From positions 1 through 59,226 of IMG/VR virus record IMGVR_UViG_3300020421_000016: a stretch of DNA of 59,226 bases; one strand, given 5' to 3'. The position numbers were made by a program, and so were the translations under genes. This document shows positions 30,378 to 39,715 of this stretch, in pieces (position 1 is the first letter of the stretch; each line of letters starts with the position of its first letter). The notes below the pieces were generated by a model, which had not been told where the DNA came from, ran no database searches, and saw only the letters and a program-made list of their open reading frames with translations. Source of the DNA: a virus (taxonomy: Duplodnaviria > Caudoviricetes).

Positions 30378-31535
30378 TTAGCTGAAGCTTAGTGCGTTTG
30401 ATGTAACTGCGATTTTGTTTAAGTAATCTGCAGCATTACCAAGAGATGAAGCTGTGTTGCTTAGTTCTACATAACCATAACGTGTCATGAAGCTAACAAC
30501 TGGCTCAAATGTATCAGGATCAAGTACTGTTCCTGAGCTCATTAGCGGTACGTATGGGCAATAGAATGCCGGTGCGTCTGATTCGCTTGAACCTTTGTAA
30601 CCAACTAGGATGTCGTCGTTGGCTGCATACTGGTTTACATAAACCTTCATGCTGTTGTTTAGAGTACCAACTAGTTTTGTGTTTGTTGGTGCTTCAAAAG
30701 GACCTTCAGTTGTACGTGCAAATGCTGATGTTGTAGCACTTTGTAGAACTGTTAGTACTGTTGGGCTAACAACGGCGTAGTTACCTGCACCACGGCGTGT
30801 TCTTGCCGCAATGTCGTTAGCTGCTTTGTTGATTAGAACTGCAAGAGCTGCATGCTCGTCACCAACAAATGTTGCTGTACCAGATACTGCATTTTGTGCA
30901 TATGTTGCACTTGCTGTACCTGCTAGTGTAGTTAGGCTACCAATGATCTCTTGATCGATTTCAGCAGTAATCTCTTGAGCCAATGCGGCCATGATTTCTG
31001 CTTCAACGTCTAGACCATGCATAGACTGAGCGTCTTGAGCGGCTTCAAAAGTCCAACGAGCTGATAGCTTGCGTGATTTTGCTTCCACTGTTTGCTTCAG
31101 GATTTGGATGCTGAGTTTACGTCCAGCTTCACCTTCTAGTGCTGCTGTACCATCTGCTTTTCCTGTTGCGGCATTACCTGCATAACCGTTTGCAATAGCA
31201 AATGGTGATAAAGCTTCATCACCAGCTGTTGCACCAGCTGCAGTTTCTGCGTAACGCACACGTAGTGTGTGGATTTGTCCAACTGGACCAGTCATTGGCT
31301 GAACACCAACAAGCTCATTTGCGATGACTGTTGGCATCACACGGCGGATAACTGGAAGGATAACTTTATTAAGCGTAGCAACGTTGCCAGCCATAGTAGC
31401 ACCAGCAGTTGCACTTTCAGTAAGTGCTCTTTTGGTGTTTTCCATGACAGTATCCATTACTGTCTTTTTGTTACCTGCCAAGCCGTCAGTTAGAGCTTCT
31501 TTGGTTGCGTCCCAATTTTCAAATAGGTTTGCCAT
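30378..31535 (-). CDS. gp23: Major capsid protein (T4 gp23 family)
   Basis: IRRVMPTVIANELVGVQPMTGPVGQI, EAKSRKLSARWTFEAAQD, AFYCPYVPL and FMTRYG. Confidence 0.97.
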   Translation of the reverse strand: MANLFENWDATKEALTDGLAGNKKTVMDTVMENTKRALTESATAGATMAGNVATLNKVILPVIRRVMPTVIANELVGVQPMTGPVGQIHTLRVRYAETAAGATAGDEALSPFAIANGYAGNAATGKADGTAALEGEAGRKLSIQILKQTVEAKSRKLSARWTFEAAQDAQSMHGLDVEAEIMAALAQEITAEIDQEIIGSLTTLAGTASATYAQNAVSGTATFVGDEHAALAVLINKAANDIAARTRRGAGNYAVVSPTVLTVLQSATTSAFARTTEGPFEAPTNTKLVGTLNNSMKVYVNQYAANDDILVGYKGSSESDAPAFYCPYVPLMSSGTVLDPDTFEPVVSFMTRYGYVELSNTASSLGNAADYLNKIAVTSNALSFS

Positions 31536-31546
31536 TATAAGTCTCC

Positions 31547-32638
31547 TTAATTAATTCCGGCTAACTTTTTCAAGTTAATAATTTCGGCAGTTCCAGTCTC
31601 TGACTGGCTTGTAGCTTTATCACCAGTTACCACTTTAGTGTTTTCGGTGAGCTTTGCCTTTTCTTTCTTAGAAACCGTTGCATCTTCTGATAATACATTT
31701 GGAAGATACTTGTTGAATGCATCACGTAGTTTTTCTGTTTTTACACTTTCTAGTAATGCGCCCATGATTTCTTTTTGGTCCTTACTTAGAGGAGCCATCA
31801 TTTCGTTTAAACTTGCTTTGCGATCTGTCATGTCTTTTGCAATCTTTGCTTCACGCTTGGCCTCCATAATAGCTACTTCTTTATCAGTAATGACCTGATT
31901 AGCTTCGTCTAATTGAGTTTTATGTTCCTCAATTTGACGAGAGAGTTTAGCAACTTGTGTGCCTTCTGCTAGAGTACTAGTCATAAACTCTGCACTAAAT
32001 GTTTCAAAGATTTTACGGCCAAATTCGTTTTCTTTGGCTTTCTGAATATCCTCTTTAAGTGTTGTTAATTCACCTGTAAGAGCATTTTCGATAATCTTCT
32101 CAACTTTTTCCGCAGCGTTTTTAACAAAAGTTTCTTTAGCTTCAGCAATTACTTTCTTGCCTTCGGTTACCATTTTGACTTTTTGTTCAACTAGTGAACG
32201 CTTGTCTTCATGGAATTCGTTTAGCTCTTTAGTTAACTGTTCTAATACAAAATTTTCCAGCTTTCCAAAGTTTGCCTTCTGTGCTTCACGATCCTCTCTG
32301 AGTTCTGTGATTTCAGTTTTTAGTGTCTGCATAATAAATGCGTCAAGCAACTTTGCATGTTCCTTTACTGCTTTTTTATAAGCAACTCGGTCTTCTGCAA
32401 GTTTAGCTTTATCTTCTGCGAACTCATTAAGTTCAGACTTGATAGTGTCGTTTAACATTGCTTCCATTGCTTCTACGATTTGCGTTTTGTCATTTTCATA
32501 ACGTCCTGCAAATTCTTCACGTAGTTCAGCAGTAATGTCTTCACGTGCTTCTGCTAATTTAGCATTCCACGCTTCTGTAACACTTTCTTTCACTTCTTCA
32601 GACAGTACCTCAGAGCCGAGAATTTTTTCAATATCCAT
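31547..32638 (-). CDS. gp22: Prohead core scaffolding protein (gp22-like)
   Basis: 363-aa E/K-rich coiled coil located between gp21 and gp23. Confidence 0.8.
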   Translation of the reverse strand: MDIEKILGSEVLSEEVKESVTEAWNAKLAEAREDITAELREEFAGRYENDKTQIVEAMEAMLNDTIKSELNEFAEDKAKLAEDRVAYKKAVKEHAKLLDAFIMQTLKTEITELREDREAQKANFGKLENFVLEQLTKELNEFHEDKRSLVEQKVKMVTEGKKVIAEAKETFVKNAAEKVEKIIENALTGELTTLKEDIQKAKENEFGRKIFETFSAEFMTSTLAEGTQVAKLSRQIEEHKTQLDEANQVITDKEVAIMEAKREAKIAKDMTDRKASLNEMMAPLSKDQKEIMGALLESVKTEKLRDAFNKYLPNVLSEDATVSKKEKAKLTENTKVVTGDKATSQSETGTAEIINLKKLAGIN

Positions 32639-33274
32639 TTAATCTCTCCCTAGGTCTTTAATGAAGTTGAGCACTTCGTTTTTTAAGTGCTTCTGCGCCT
32701 TGGTGTCATATCTTACTGCGTCGGCTACGTCCCAAATTTTACTTCCACGTCTGTGGTTCATAATCTGTTCATAAATTGGATCTGGATAAGCATCTGGAGC
32801 ACTTGGATTAGCTACAATATCCACTGTAATAATCTCAAAATCCGATACGTTTCCACTTCCATCGACATTGCCGCTACCTCTTGAGCTGACACCTAGTCTA
32901 ACGCCACTTTCTAGTAACGTTTTACAAATATTACCCATAGGGGTGGGTAACATTTTTAGTTTTCCGATTCCGTCATTGCCTTTCATACTCATGTTAGTAA
33001 TCATATGACTAACACGATCAAGGTTAATGTTTAAATCGTCGGGGTGATCTGCTTCACCTAAAACAGTGTTTCCGTTTTTAATTTTTTCTTGCAGTGAATT
33101 TACTGCATTGGAAATTTCACTTACTGGATACACTCGTTGATTCTGGTTTTTCACACCACCCTGAATAAAAATTCCTTCCATGTAAAGACTCTTGCTACCA
33201 TCTTTCTCCTCAACGGATTCAGTAGTAACATGTGCATTACCTGGTTGGATAACTTCTCTCAGTGGTGTAAACAT
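32639..33274 (-). CDS. gp21: Prohead maturation protease (gp21)
   Basis: EGIFIQ...KNQNQRVYP, LGEADHP, LGVSSRGSG and TVDIVANPSAPDA. Confidence 0.95.
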   Translation of the reverse strand: MFTPLREVIQPGNAHVTTESVEEKDGSKSLYMEGIFIQGGVKNQNQRVYPVSEISNAVNSLQEKIKNGNTVLGEADHPDDLNINLDRVSHMITNMSMKGNDGIGKLKMLPTPMGNICKTLLESGVRLGVSSRGSGNVDGSGNVSDFEIITVDIVANPSAPDAYPDPIYEQIMNHRRGSKIWDVADAVRYDTKAQKHLKNEVLNFIKDLGRD

Positions 33275-33280
33275 AGTGCC

Positions 33281-34051
33281 TTACCCCTTCACCGCACGAG
33301 GTTCGCCGGCTTCTTGTGGACCGTCTACACCCATTGGTTTTGCAGCTGGAGCACTACCACCTGACTCTTCTGAACCAGCAATATCAACAGCTTTTCCGCC
33401 CATGTCTTCACCTGGACCTACTGGTGATTTTGCAGCACTGTCTGAACCGTCAGCATGACTTACGCTAACTGCTTTCATATCAGCACCTTCTTCTAGTTCT
33501 TCTGTTTCTTCTGATGTTTCTTCAGCAACAGGCATTTCCATAGCTTCTTCTGCAGGCATTTCGATTTCCATCTCTTCACCTTCATCTTCAGCTTCGTCGC
33601 CCATGTCGTCGCCAGTTAATTCAGCAAAAGCAGCTTTTAGTTCTGCTAGCGCATCGTCAACATTCATCATGGCTTCTTTAGCATCTGCTTCTGCTTCTGC
33701 TTCGTCGCCACCTTCGTCAGCAAGTTCTGATGCAAGATCTTCTTCAGCTTCTTCTTCGTCGGCTTCGCCAAACGCTTCTTCTGCTTCAATTTCGTCTGTT
33801 GCATCAGCGATATCTTCGATGAAGTCATCTTCTTCGTCGCTAACGTCGATTGTTTCTTCAAGGTCTTCTTCTTCGACCTTATCCTCGTCTTCTTCGATCA
33901 CGTCTTCTACAGCAGCGTCTTCGTCGATTAAATCAGCGTAAATATTACGTGATTTTTCTACGAAAATGTCGTGTAGTAGATCGGAGGCCTTTTCGGTCTC
34001 CTCGTTGATCACCAACTCGAGGACTTGTTCTAGTTTTTGTTTACTATCCAT
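33281..34051 (-). CDS. Highly acidic prohead-core-type protein
   Basis: 256 aa, extremely D/E-rich, in the position T4 gp67/gp68 occupy between portal and protease. AGGAG SD. Confidence 0.6.
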   Translation of the reverse strand: MDSKQKLEQVLELVINEETEKASDLLHDIFVEKSRNIYADLIDEDAAVEDVIEEDEDKVEEEDLEETIDVSDEEDDFIEDIADATDEIEAEEAFGEADEEEAEEDLASELADEGGDEAEAEADAKEAMMNVDDALAELKAAFAELTGDDMGDEAEDEGEEMEIEMPAEEAMEMPVAEETSEETEELEEGADMKAVSVSHADGSDSAAKSPVGPGEDMGGKAVDIAGSEESGGSAPAAKPMGVDGPQEAGEPRAVKG

Positions 34052-34101
34052 TTGCTTTACTCCTCAATGATGACACAGCAATAATGTTACAAAGTCAATG
34101 A

Positions 34102-34108
34102 TATTTAG
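34102..34108 (-). promoter_or_regulatory. Putative late promoter variant (CTAAATA)
   Basis: TAAATA core upstream of the core-gp21-gp22-gp23 block. Confidence 0.5.
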
Positions 34109-34192
34109 TAACCAAAGCATTTTACTATGAAAAAAGCATAGAAAAATGCAAAAAGTGGTGTTTTTATGAACTGACCACTGTGCTAAGTATTC

Positions 34193-34390
34193 TTATTCAG
34201 CTGGTTTGCCGTAGATTTTACTGAGATTTTGTTGACGTTCACCGTCTTCTAGCTTGTCTAATTCACGTTTTTTACGTAATTTATTAAGATGTTTGAGCGT
34301 TATTCTGGCTCTACGTGTGTCATTTACTTTAAGCGTATTGATGTTATCATCTTCCGCTTCATAATATTCTCTCAATTCCTGAAATCTCAT
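34193..34390 (-). CDS. Small basic head-module protein (65 aa)
   Basis: ATGA overlap with the portal stop, AGGAG SD, and the sequence DTRRARITLKHLNKLRK. Confidence 0.7.
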   Translation of the reverse strand: MRFQELREYYEAEDDNINTLKVNDTRRARITLKHLNKLRKKRELDKLEDGERQQNLSKIYGKPAE

Positions 34391-36087
34391 GTTTCATCTC
34401 CTGTATCCGTATCAGCGTCATCGCCGCTGATTGGAGATTCTCCAGTGTCTAATGCATCTGCATCAGCTTCTGGATCGTCATCAGTGTTTAAATCAAAGTC
34501 GCCACCGCTGTCTAAATCGGGTCTAACTCCTACACTGCTTAGTCCTGCGCCTTCTCCACCTGCACCGCTACCGGATGCATCTGGATTTTCTTCTAACCAC
34601 TGGCTTTCATTATCTAGGATTTCGTCCTCTGTTAAGCCTAAGTATTTCTTAAGTATAAATCTACGTGATAGATATTCACTTCCGTCAACTTGGTTAAACA
34701 CACCAGCACGTGCATTGTCTATTTCAATTTCTCTGTACTGGCTAAAGCTCTGTGGTTCGATAAATCGTAAATCAAACAAACTGCTTTCAATCTGAAAGCC
34801 TCTGTTTCTCAAAAACAATTTAAACTCTTTATCAAATGTTGGCTGAATCATATTCTGCAAACGCTGACAATATTTTGTAAATCTAAATTCTTGAATAAAA
34901 GCTGTGCCTACACGGCCATCATTATATGTACTTGATCCATCTTCAGGACCTGTAGGTAAATAACTGCTTGGTACACGCAATGCCCTTAGCATTTTATTTG
35001 TAAAGTAACGTAAATCGTCTATCTCACCTAAGTTTTGTCCACCTGGTAAAACATCAACTTTACTTCCTCTGCCCTCAGCAGTTTGTGCAAAAAAGTAATC
35101 TTCCATAATGCTTAATGGATTGTATTGTGCATCCATAACATTTTGTCCGCCACCTGTTTTGTTAGGTATACGGCGTTGGTGTATTTCGTTTTTAACTCTT
35201 TCCACAAAGCCCATTGCTTTGTGTGGAGGCATGTTACCAACATCTACATAAAACACACGTCTTTCAGGCGCACGTTGTACACGGTAGATAATAATAGCAT
35301 CTTCCAATAATTCTTTTTGTTTGTAAGTTTTAAAGATAGGATCAAGTATACTTGTACCAAACGGCCAGTTTACATCCATTCCTTCTGTCATAGCAACATG
35401 CATCATATGCTCATTGTTGACTGCAAATTCTTGCTCTTCCATTCCACTACCGCCACTGTTGCTTGTGGCACCGTAGCTACGACCTTCCATACTAGCAAAT
35501 GCACCAGCATTACTGCCGCCACTAAATGTATTGTTGTGCTCTAGTGGTTCAGTTGCAGTTTTATTTTGTAGATTTAAGTCTAGGTTTTTCATAATGTACT
35601 GCTCGGGCTTTTTGCCTTCGCTTTCATTTACCACAACTTTTAATACGTCTTGTGGATTTACATACATTAGTTCCCATGTTTCAGGATCACGAATAAAAGG
35701 TTGATCGCCATACTTAATAACATTACGGAATGTTTTAAACATGCGTCTATCCCAATCATTTAAGTTACACCATTGTCGTAGTGCTTGCTCTAGGATTTTG
35801 CTTTCGCTTTCGCTTGGTTCTGATTTGTATACAACATTAAAGGGAATACCAGTTTCTTCATCAAACTGTGTACTGAATTCCGCAATTGTATCCAATGCCG
35901 CATTAATTTCGCTATCCATGTCCATTTGGTCATATTGCATATAACGCTCGACACGGTTAGGCATACCACTATAAACTTCAGGAAGCCAGCTCTGAAATCG
36001 GCTTGTACTACCACTGCTACCAGAACTACGCCCTTTAGACTTTACTTCCTTGCCTTGGTATACTGTAAAATGTTTTTTCCAACTCAT
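34387..36087 (-). CDS. gp20: Portal vertex protein (gp20)
   Basis: LLEDAIIIYRVQRAPERRVFYVDVGNMP, MEDYFF, LPGGQNLGEIDDLRYF and ALRVPSSYL. Confidence 0.97.
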   Translation of the reverse strand: MSWKKHFTVYQGKEVKSKGRSSGSSGSTSRFQSWLPEVYSGMPNRVERYMQYDQMDMDSEINAALDTIAEFSTQFDEETGIPFNVVYKSEPSESESKILEQALRQWCNLNDWDRRMFKTFRNVIKYGDQPFIRDPETWELMYVNPQDVLKVVVNESEGKKPEQYIMKNLDLNLQNKTATEPLEHNNTFSGGSNAGAFASMEGRSYGATSNSGGSGMEEQEFAVNNEHMMHVAMTEGMDVNWPFGTSILDPIFKTYKQKELLEDAIIIYRVQRAPERRVFYVDVGNMPPHKAMGFVERVKNEIHQRRIPNKTGGGQNVMDAQYNPLSIMEDYFFAQTAEGRGSKVDVLPGGQNLGEIDDLRYFTNKMLRALRVPSSYLPTGPEDGSSTYNDGRVGTAFIQEFRFTKYCQRLQNMIQPTFDKEFKLFLRNRGFQIESSLFDLRFIEPQSFSQYREIEIDNARAGVFNQVDGSEYLSRRFILKKYLGLTEDEILDNESQWLEENPDASGSGAGGEGAGLSSVGVRPDLDSGGDFDLNTDDDPEADADALDTGESPISGDDADTDTGDET

Positions 36088-36117
36088 TAGATATCTCTTT
36101 AATGTTTTATACTATTA

Positions 36118-36124
36118 TATTTAT
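36118..36124 (-). promoter_or_regulatory. Putative late promoter (ATAAATA)
   Basis: Lies in the gap upstream of the portal gene. Confidence 0.65.
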
Positions 36125-36143
36125 CAGGATATGTCAATCTTTA

Positions 36144-39100
36144 TTAATTGCTTTCAATTGCATCTGTTTGTTGTTTAAGCAATCTGTTTGTTTCTCGAAG
36201 TTCTCTAAGCATATCTTCGTTAGGATTTCCAGTAGAAAGGCTTTGATTATCACTACTAGACGATTCTGATTGTGTTTCTGTTTGTATCTGGGTACTAACA
36301 GGATTACGTAAATTGTTCATTTCATTTCGTAAATTAGTTGCAGCTTGCTTATTTCCACGCTCTCTGTCTGTTAAAAATTCATCTGCTACTGCTACACCAT
36401 TAATGTTAGTAGGTGCACCACCTACAAAAGTTCCTTTAACATTGTACTCATTTTCGTCAATAATACCCATTGCTCTGCCAACTTCTCGGCCTCTGGCGGC
36501 ACGGTATCTAGGATCTCGTTCTATTTTGCGTAGTTGATTTTCTGCCCTGTTACTGATAGTTTTAGCATGCTGATATTTTTTGTTTATATCTTCATCTTCA
36601 TAACCGTATATTGTAGCCATTTTAGTGGCTTCTTCGTCAGTGCCTGCAATACCAGAATCTAGTAAACTTTGTTTTTGTTCTTCGTTAACACCAATGGCTT
36701 TTGCTTCTCCATATTCAGCTTCTATAGCAGCTTTCAATTCATTTGCTTTTCGTTGCGTGGCGGCAATAGTTTTATGTTGTGCTAATACCTTATCACTTGG
36801 TAAACTAGTAGCACCTTTTGTTAGTGCTTCTTTAACCTCTTTTGCGGCAGTATCAGTAAGTTTACTTAAATTAAGTTCACTTAAATTAATTCTTTCACTC
36901 ATTTTGCCTTCGTTAAATTTTGCTAGTTCAGGATTTCTTGTGCGTTCTTCTGCAGTCATTTGCCTTTCGTTTAGTGCTGATACAATATATTTTCCAGTTG
37001 CTTCTCCGTTTTCATCAAGTTGCTCCCTGATGTTAACGCTGTCTACTTGATCTGCAAAACTTTTTTGTAAGTTGTTGCCTAACGCAACTGCTTCTTTATA
37101 ACTTTGTGCAACTAAACCTTGCCCGTCCTCTGTTCCCATTGTTTTCAATATATCTTTAGATTTTATTTTTTCTAAAGACTCTTTCATTTGCGCTAACTGT
37201 TCTGCTTCTTTTTCAGTTAGTGTATTTCCTGCGGCTTGTAGTTCATTTAATCTCTTTATTTCTGCAAGCATTAATGCTTGAATATTGGCTTGATCTTCTG
37301 CAATACCCTTGCTTTCTCTACCCCAATATACATTCTCTCCGTCTTCACTTCGTTTAATTCTATCTTGTGCTTCTGCTATTTTTAAGTTCATAGCGTCTGC
37401 ACTTGCTCTACGTTTAGCTTCTTCTGGGTCTAACCCTTCTTTTTCGTATACTTTAGCAATATCCCTAGCAAGTAATCCAGCATCTATAACTACACTTGCA
37501 GCTGTTCCTGCAACTGGAATTGTGCCTGCTATACCACTTCCAACTTCTCCAGCGGCTCCTAGAAAATCACCTTCCAGTAATCTATCTAAGCCAAATGCAA
37601 GTCCTGCAATTATACTGACACCTGGTATCTTTTTAGCAATGCTTTTACCTACACTTTTTGCTGATGTTTCTGCAACTTGTTTGGCAACTGATTTTCCAAC
37701 TTTTTCTGCTGTTTCTTTAGCAGTAACTACAGCAGTGCTTTTTGCAACGTTCTTTGTTGCGTCTTTGGCAACGTTGGCAACAGTTTTAGCAGTATTTTTT
37801 ACTGTATTTGCGGCGGCTGGTGCTTTTTTAACAACGCCTGGAGTTGCTTTTACTACATTTTTTGCACCTTGAAACAGTTTTCTGCCGGCCATAAATCCGC
37901 CTCTGCCTAACATTGCTAATGGACCAAGTGTTAGGGCAGCACCTACACCTACAATAGCGCCTAGTATAAGTTTAAGAGTACCGTTAGCGTCTCCTAGGCT
38001 TGTTAAAATACCGCCCAACAATCCATCTCGCATAACATTTTCGCCAAGTTTATCTATAGCAGTAACTAATCCTTTTCCGTCATCTCGCTCTGCACCTGTT
38101 AGATCCATGAATGCTTCCATACCTGCGGCTTTAAGTTTATTACTTGTATCTTCTATTGTAGCGGATAAATCAACAAATGTGTCGTCATCCATAGTTTCAC
38201 GTTGTTTTTTAATTCCTTTTAATAACGCTTCTTGTTCTCCGTTAATACCTACCAATGCAGATACAAAATTCAGCGATTGTTTATCTTGTTCATCTGCACT
38301 GTCTCCTAAATTATTAACACGGTCTTCTAACATTCTAAGAGTGCTTTCTGGAACAGAGTCCTTTAATGCAACTACTTTAGATATTAGTGTTGTGTTTAAT
38401 TCATCAAGAGCAGCCGTATCATTAGGGTCTATATTAACTGCTGAATTGACAAGTCCATCGATTTCCTGAAGTAACTGTTGTGCATTTGGACCAAGTCTAG
38501 CAAAAGTATCAGCTAGTTCACCCCCTAAGTTGCCTTGAAATATACTAAATTTTTCTTGACCTCTAGCACTACGTAAAAGTTGAGTACTAAGATCTTTACC
38601 TAAAGGACCAAGCGCACTAAAAATACTAACAACACCGTTTAATTGTGGTGTGCTTGCGGCAAATCTACGTAAACCTGGATCATCTGCAAGTTCAGTACGT
38701 GCTCTTAGCATTTCCCTACGGTCAGCACCTGTAATACTTGCTAGTGCAGTTGTTTCCTGTACAAGATTTCTAAAACTATTGTTAACACCTTGTGAAATTT
38801 GACGTTCAGTTTGTCCAGCACTTCTGCGAAGTTCGATTTCTTCGCTTAACAAATCATTAAATTCTGTATTAGTAAGACCCATTTGGGTTCCTGATTGACG
38901 GATCTGGTTGCTGAGTCTTGCAAAAGCCATCATTCCTTCAGTTGTGTTACTACCCAATGCCTTAAATGTCATAGCGTTGGCTTGTGCAATCTTAGCTAAA
39001 CCTTCAAGCCCTGTACCAGCAAGTGCAGCAGTAGATCTTAAATCTACTAAACCTACACCAAATCCACTACCTACATTTGTTAACTGACTAAGATTATTAG

Positions 39101-39626
39101 CAAAAGTTACTGTGCTTTTAGCAGCAAATCCTGCTACTGCACCTAATCCTACAATGCCACCTGCGGCTTTTGCAAATCCTTCAAAATCTCCGCCAGCAAT
39201 GCCTTTGATTCCATCTTTAAAGTTACTGCCTAAACTGTTAAAGTGTTTTCCTAAATCTCTAGACAAGTCTTTGTATGCTTGTCTAAATTTAAGTGCTTCT
39301 TTTAAGTCTTGTTTGCCTCGTTTTTCACTTTGTTTGTTTTGCTTATCGCCACTTTTGCCAACAGCGTTCGCTACGTCTTCTACTGCCGCTTCTAAATCTT
39401 TAATTACTTTGGTATTTTCTCTAGATATTTTACTAGGCATTCTTTCTTGTGCCTTGAGCATTGCATCTAAAGTTTTAAAACTTTGCTTGTTTGCAGTAAA
39501 TAAATTCTTAAGCAGAGCATTATTATCTTTATCTAAATCAATAACTCTATTAAGTTGCTCTTCACTAGCCCATTTTGGTACACGAATGCTTTGTCCACCA
39601 AATTCTATTTCATGCATGTCAGCCAT
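36144..39626 (-). CDS. Tape-measure / baseplate hub-like protein (gp29-like)
   Basis: 1160-aa helical A/K/G-rich protein with hydrophobic GxxG segments (KKIPGVSIIAGLAFGLDRLLEGDFLGAAGE...), divergent from gp26. Confidence 0.65.
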   Translation of the reverse strand: MADMHEIEFGGQSIRVPKWASEEQLNRVIDLDKDNNALLKNLFTANKQSFKTLDAMLKAQERMPSKISRENTKVIKDLEAAVEDVANAVGKSGDKQNKQSEKRGKQDLKEALKFRQAYKDLSRDLGKHFNSLGSNFKDGIKGIAGGDFEGFAKAAGGIVGLGAVAGFAAKSTVTFANNLSQLTNVGSGFGVGLVDLRSTAALAGTGLEGLAKIAQANAMTFKALGSNTTEGMMAFARLSNQIRQSGTQMGLTNTEFNDLLSEEIELRRSAGQTERQISQGVNNSFRNLVQETTALASITGADRREMLRARTELADDPGLRRFAASTPQLNGVVSIFSALGPLGKDLSTQLLRSARGQEKFSIFQGNLGGELADTFARLGPNAQQLLQEIDGLVNSAVNIDPNDTAALDELNTTLISKVVALKDSVPESTLRMLEDRVNNLGDSADEQDKQSLNFVSALVGINGEQEALLKGIKKQRETMDDDTFVDLSATIEDTSNKLKAAGMEAFMDLTGAERDDGKGLVTAIDKLGENVMRDGLLGGILTSLGDANGTLKLILGAIVGVGAALTLGPLAMLGRGGFMAGRKLFQGAKNVVKATPGVVKKAPAAANTVKNTAKTVANVAKDATKNVAKSTAVVTAKETAEKVGKSVAKQVAETSAKSVGKSIAKKIPGVSIIAGLAFGLDRLLEGDFLGAAGEVGSGIAGTIPVAGTAASVVIDAGLLARDIAKVYEKEGLDPEEAKRRASADAMNLKIAEAQDRIKRSEDGENVYWGRESKGIAEDQANIQALMLAEIKRLNELQAAGNTLTEKEAEQLAQMKESLEKIKSKDILKTMGTEDGQGLVAQSYKEAVALGNNLQKSFADQVDSVNIREQLDENGEATGKYIVSALNERQMTAEERTRNPELAKFNEGKMSERINLSELNLSKLTDTAAKEVKEALTKGATSLPSDKVLAQHKTIAATQRKANELKAAIEAEYGEAKAIGVNEEQKQSLLDSGIAGTDEEATKMATIYGYEDEDINKKYQHAKTISNRAENQLRKIERDPRYRAARGREVGRAMGIIDENEYNVKGTFVGGAPTNINGVAVADEFLTDRERGNKQAATNLRNEMNNLRNPVSTQIQTETQSESSSSDNQSLSTGNPNEDMLRELRETNRLLKQQTDAIESN

Positions 39627-39654
39627 ATGCTAAAAATACCCATTATATACGTAG

Positions 39655-39661
39655 ATAAATA
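39655..39661 (+). promoter_or_regulatory. Putative late promoter (ATAAATA) for gp26
   Basis: Plus-strand motif upstream of 39716. Confidence 0.6.
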
Positions 39662-39698
39662 CTTTTATCGTAGTAAGGTTATAGAAAACCGTTACTAC

Positions 39699-39705
39699 TA
39701 TTTAT
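39699..39705 (-). promoter_or_regulatory. Putative late promoter (ATAAATA) for the tape-measure-like gene
   Basis: Minus-strand motif upstream of 39626. Confidence 0.55.
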
Positions 39706-39715
39706 GAGGTAGAAA

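Noticed and set aside
548-39633. Numerous plus-strand ORFs of 60-190 aa antisense to structural genes
   Set aside because: They are shadows of the codon bias of the long minus-strand genes and have no motifs or translation signals.
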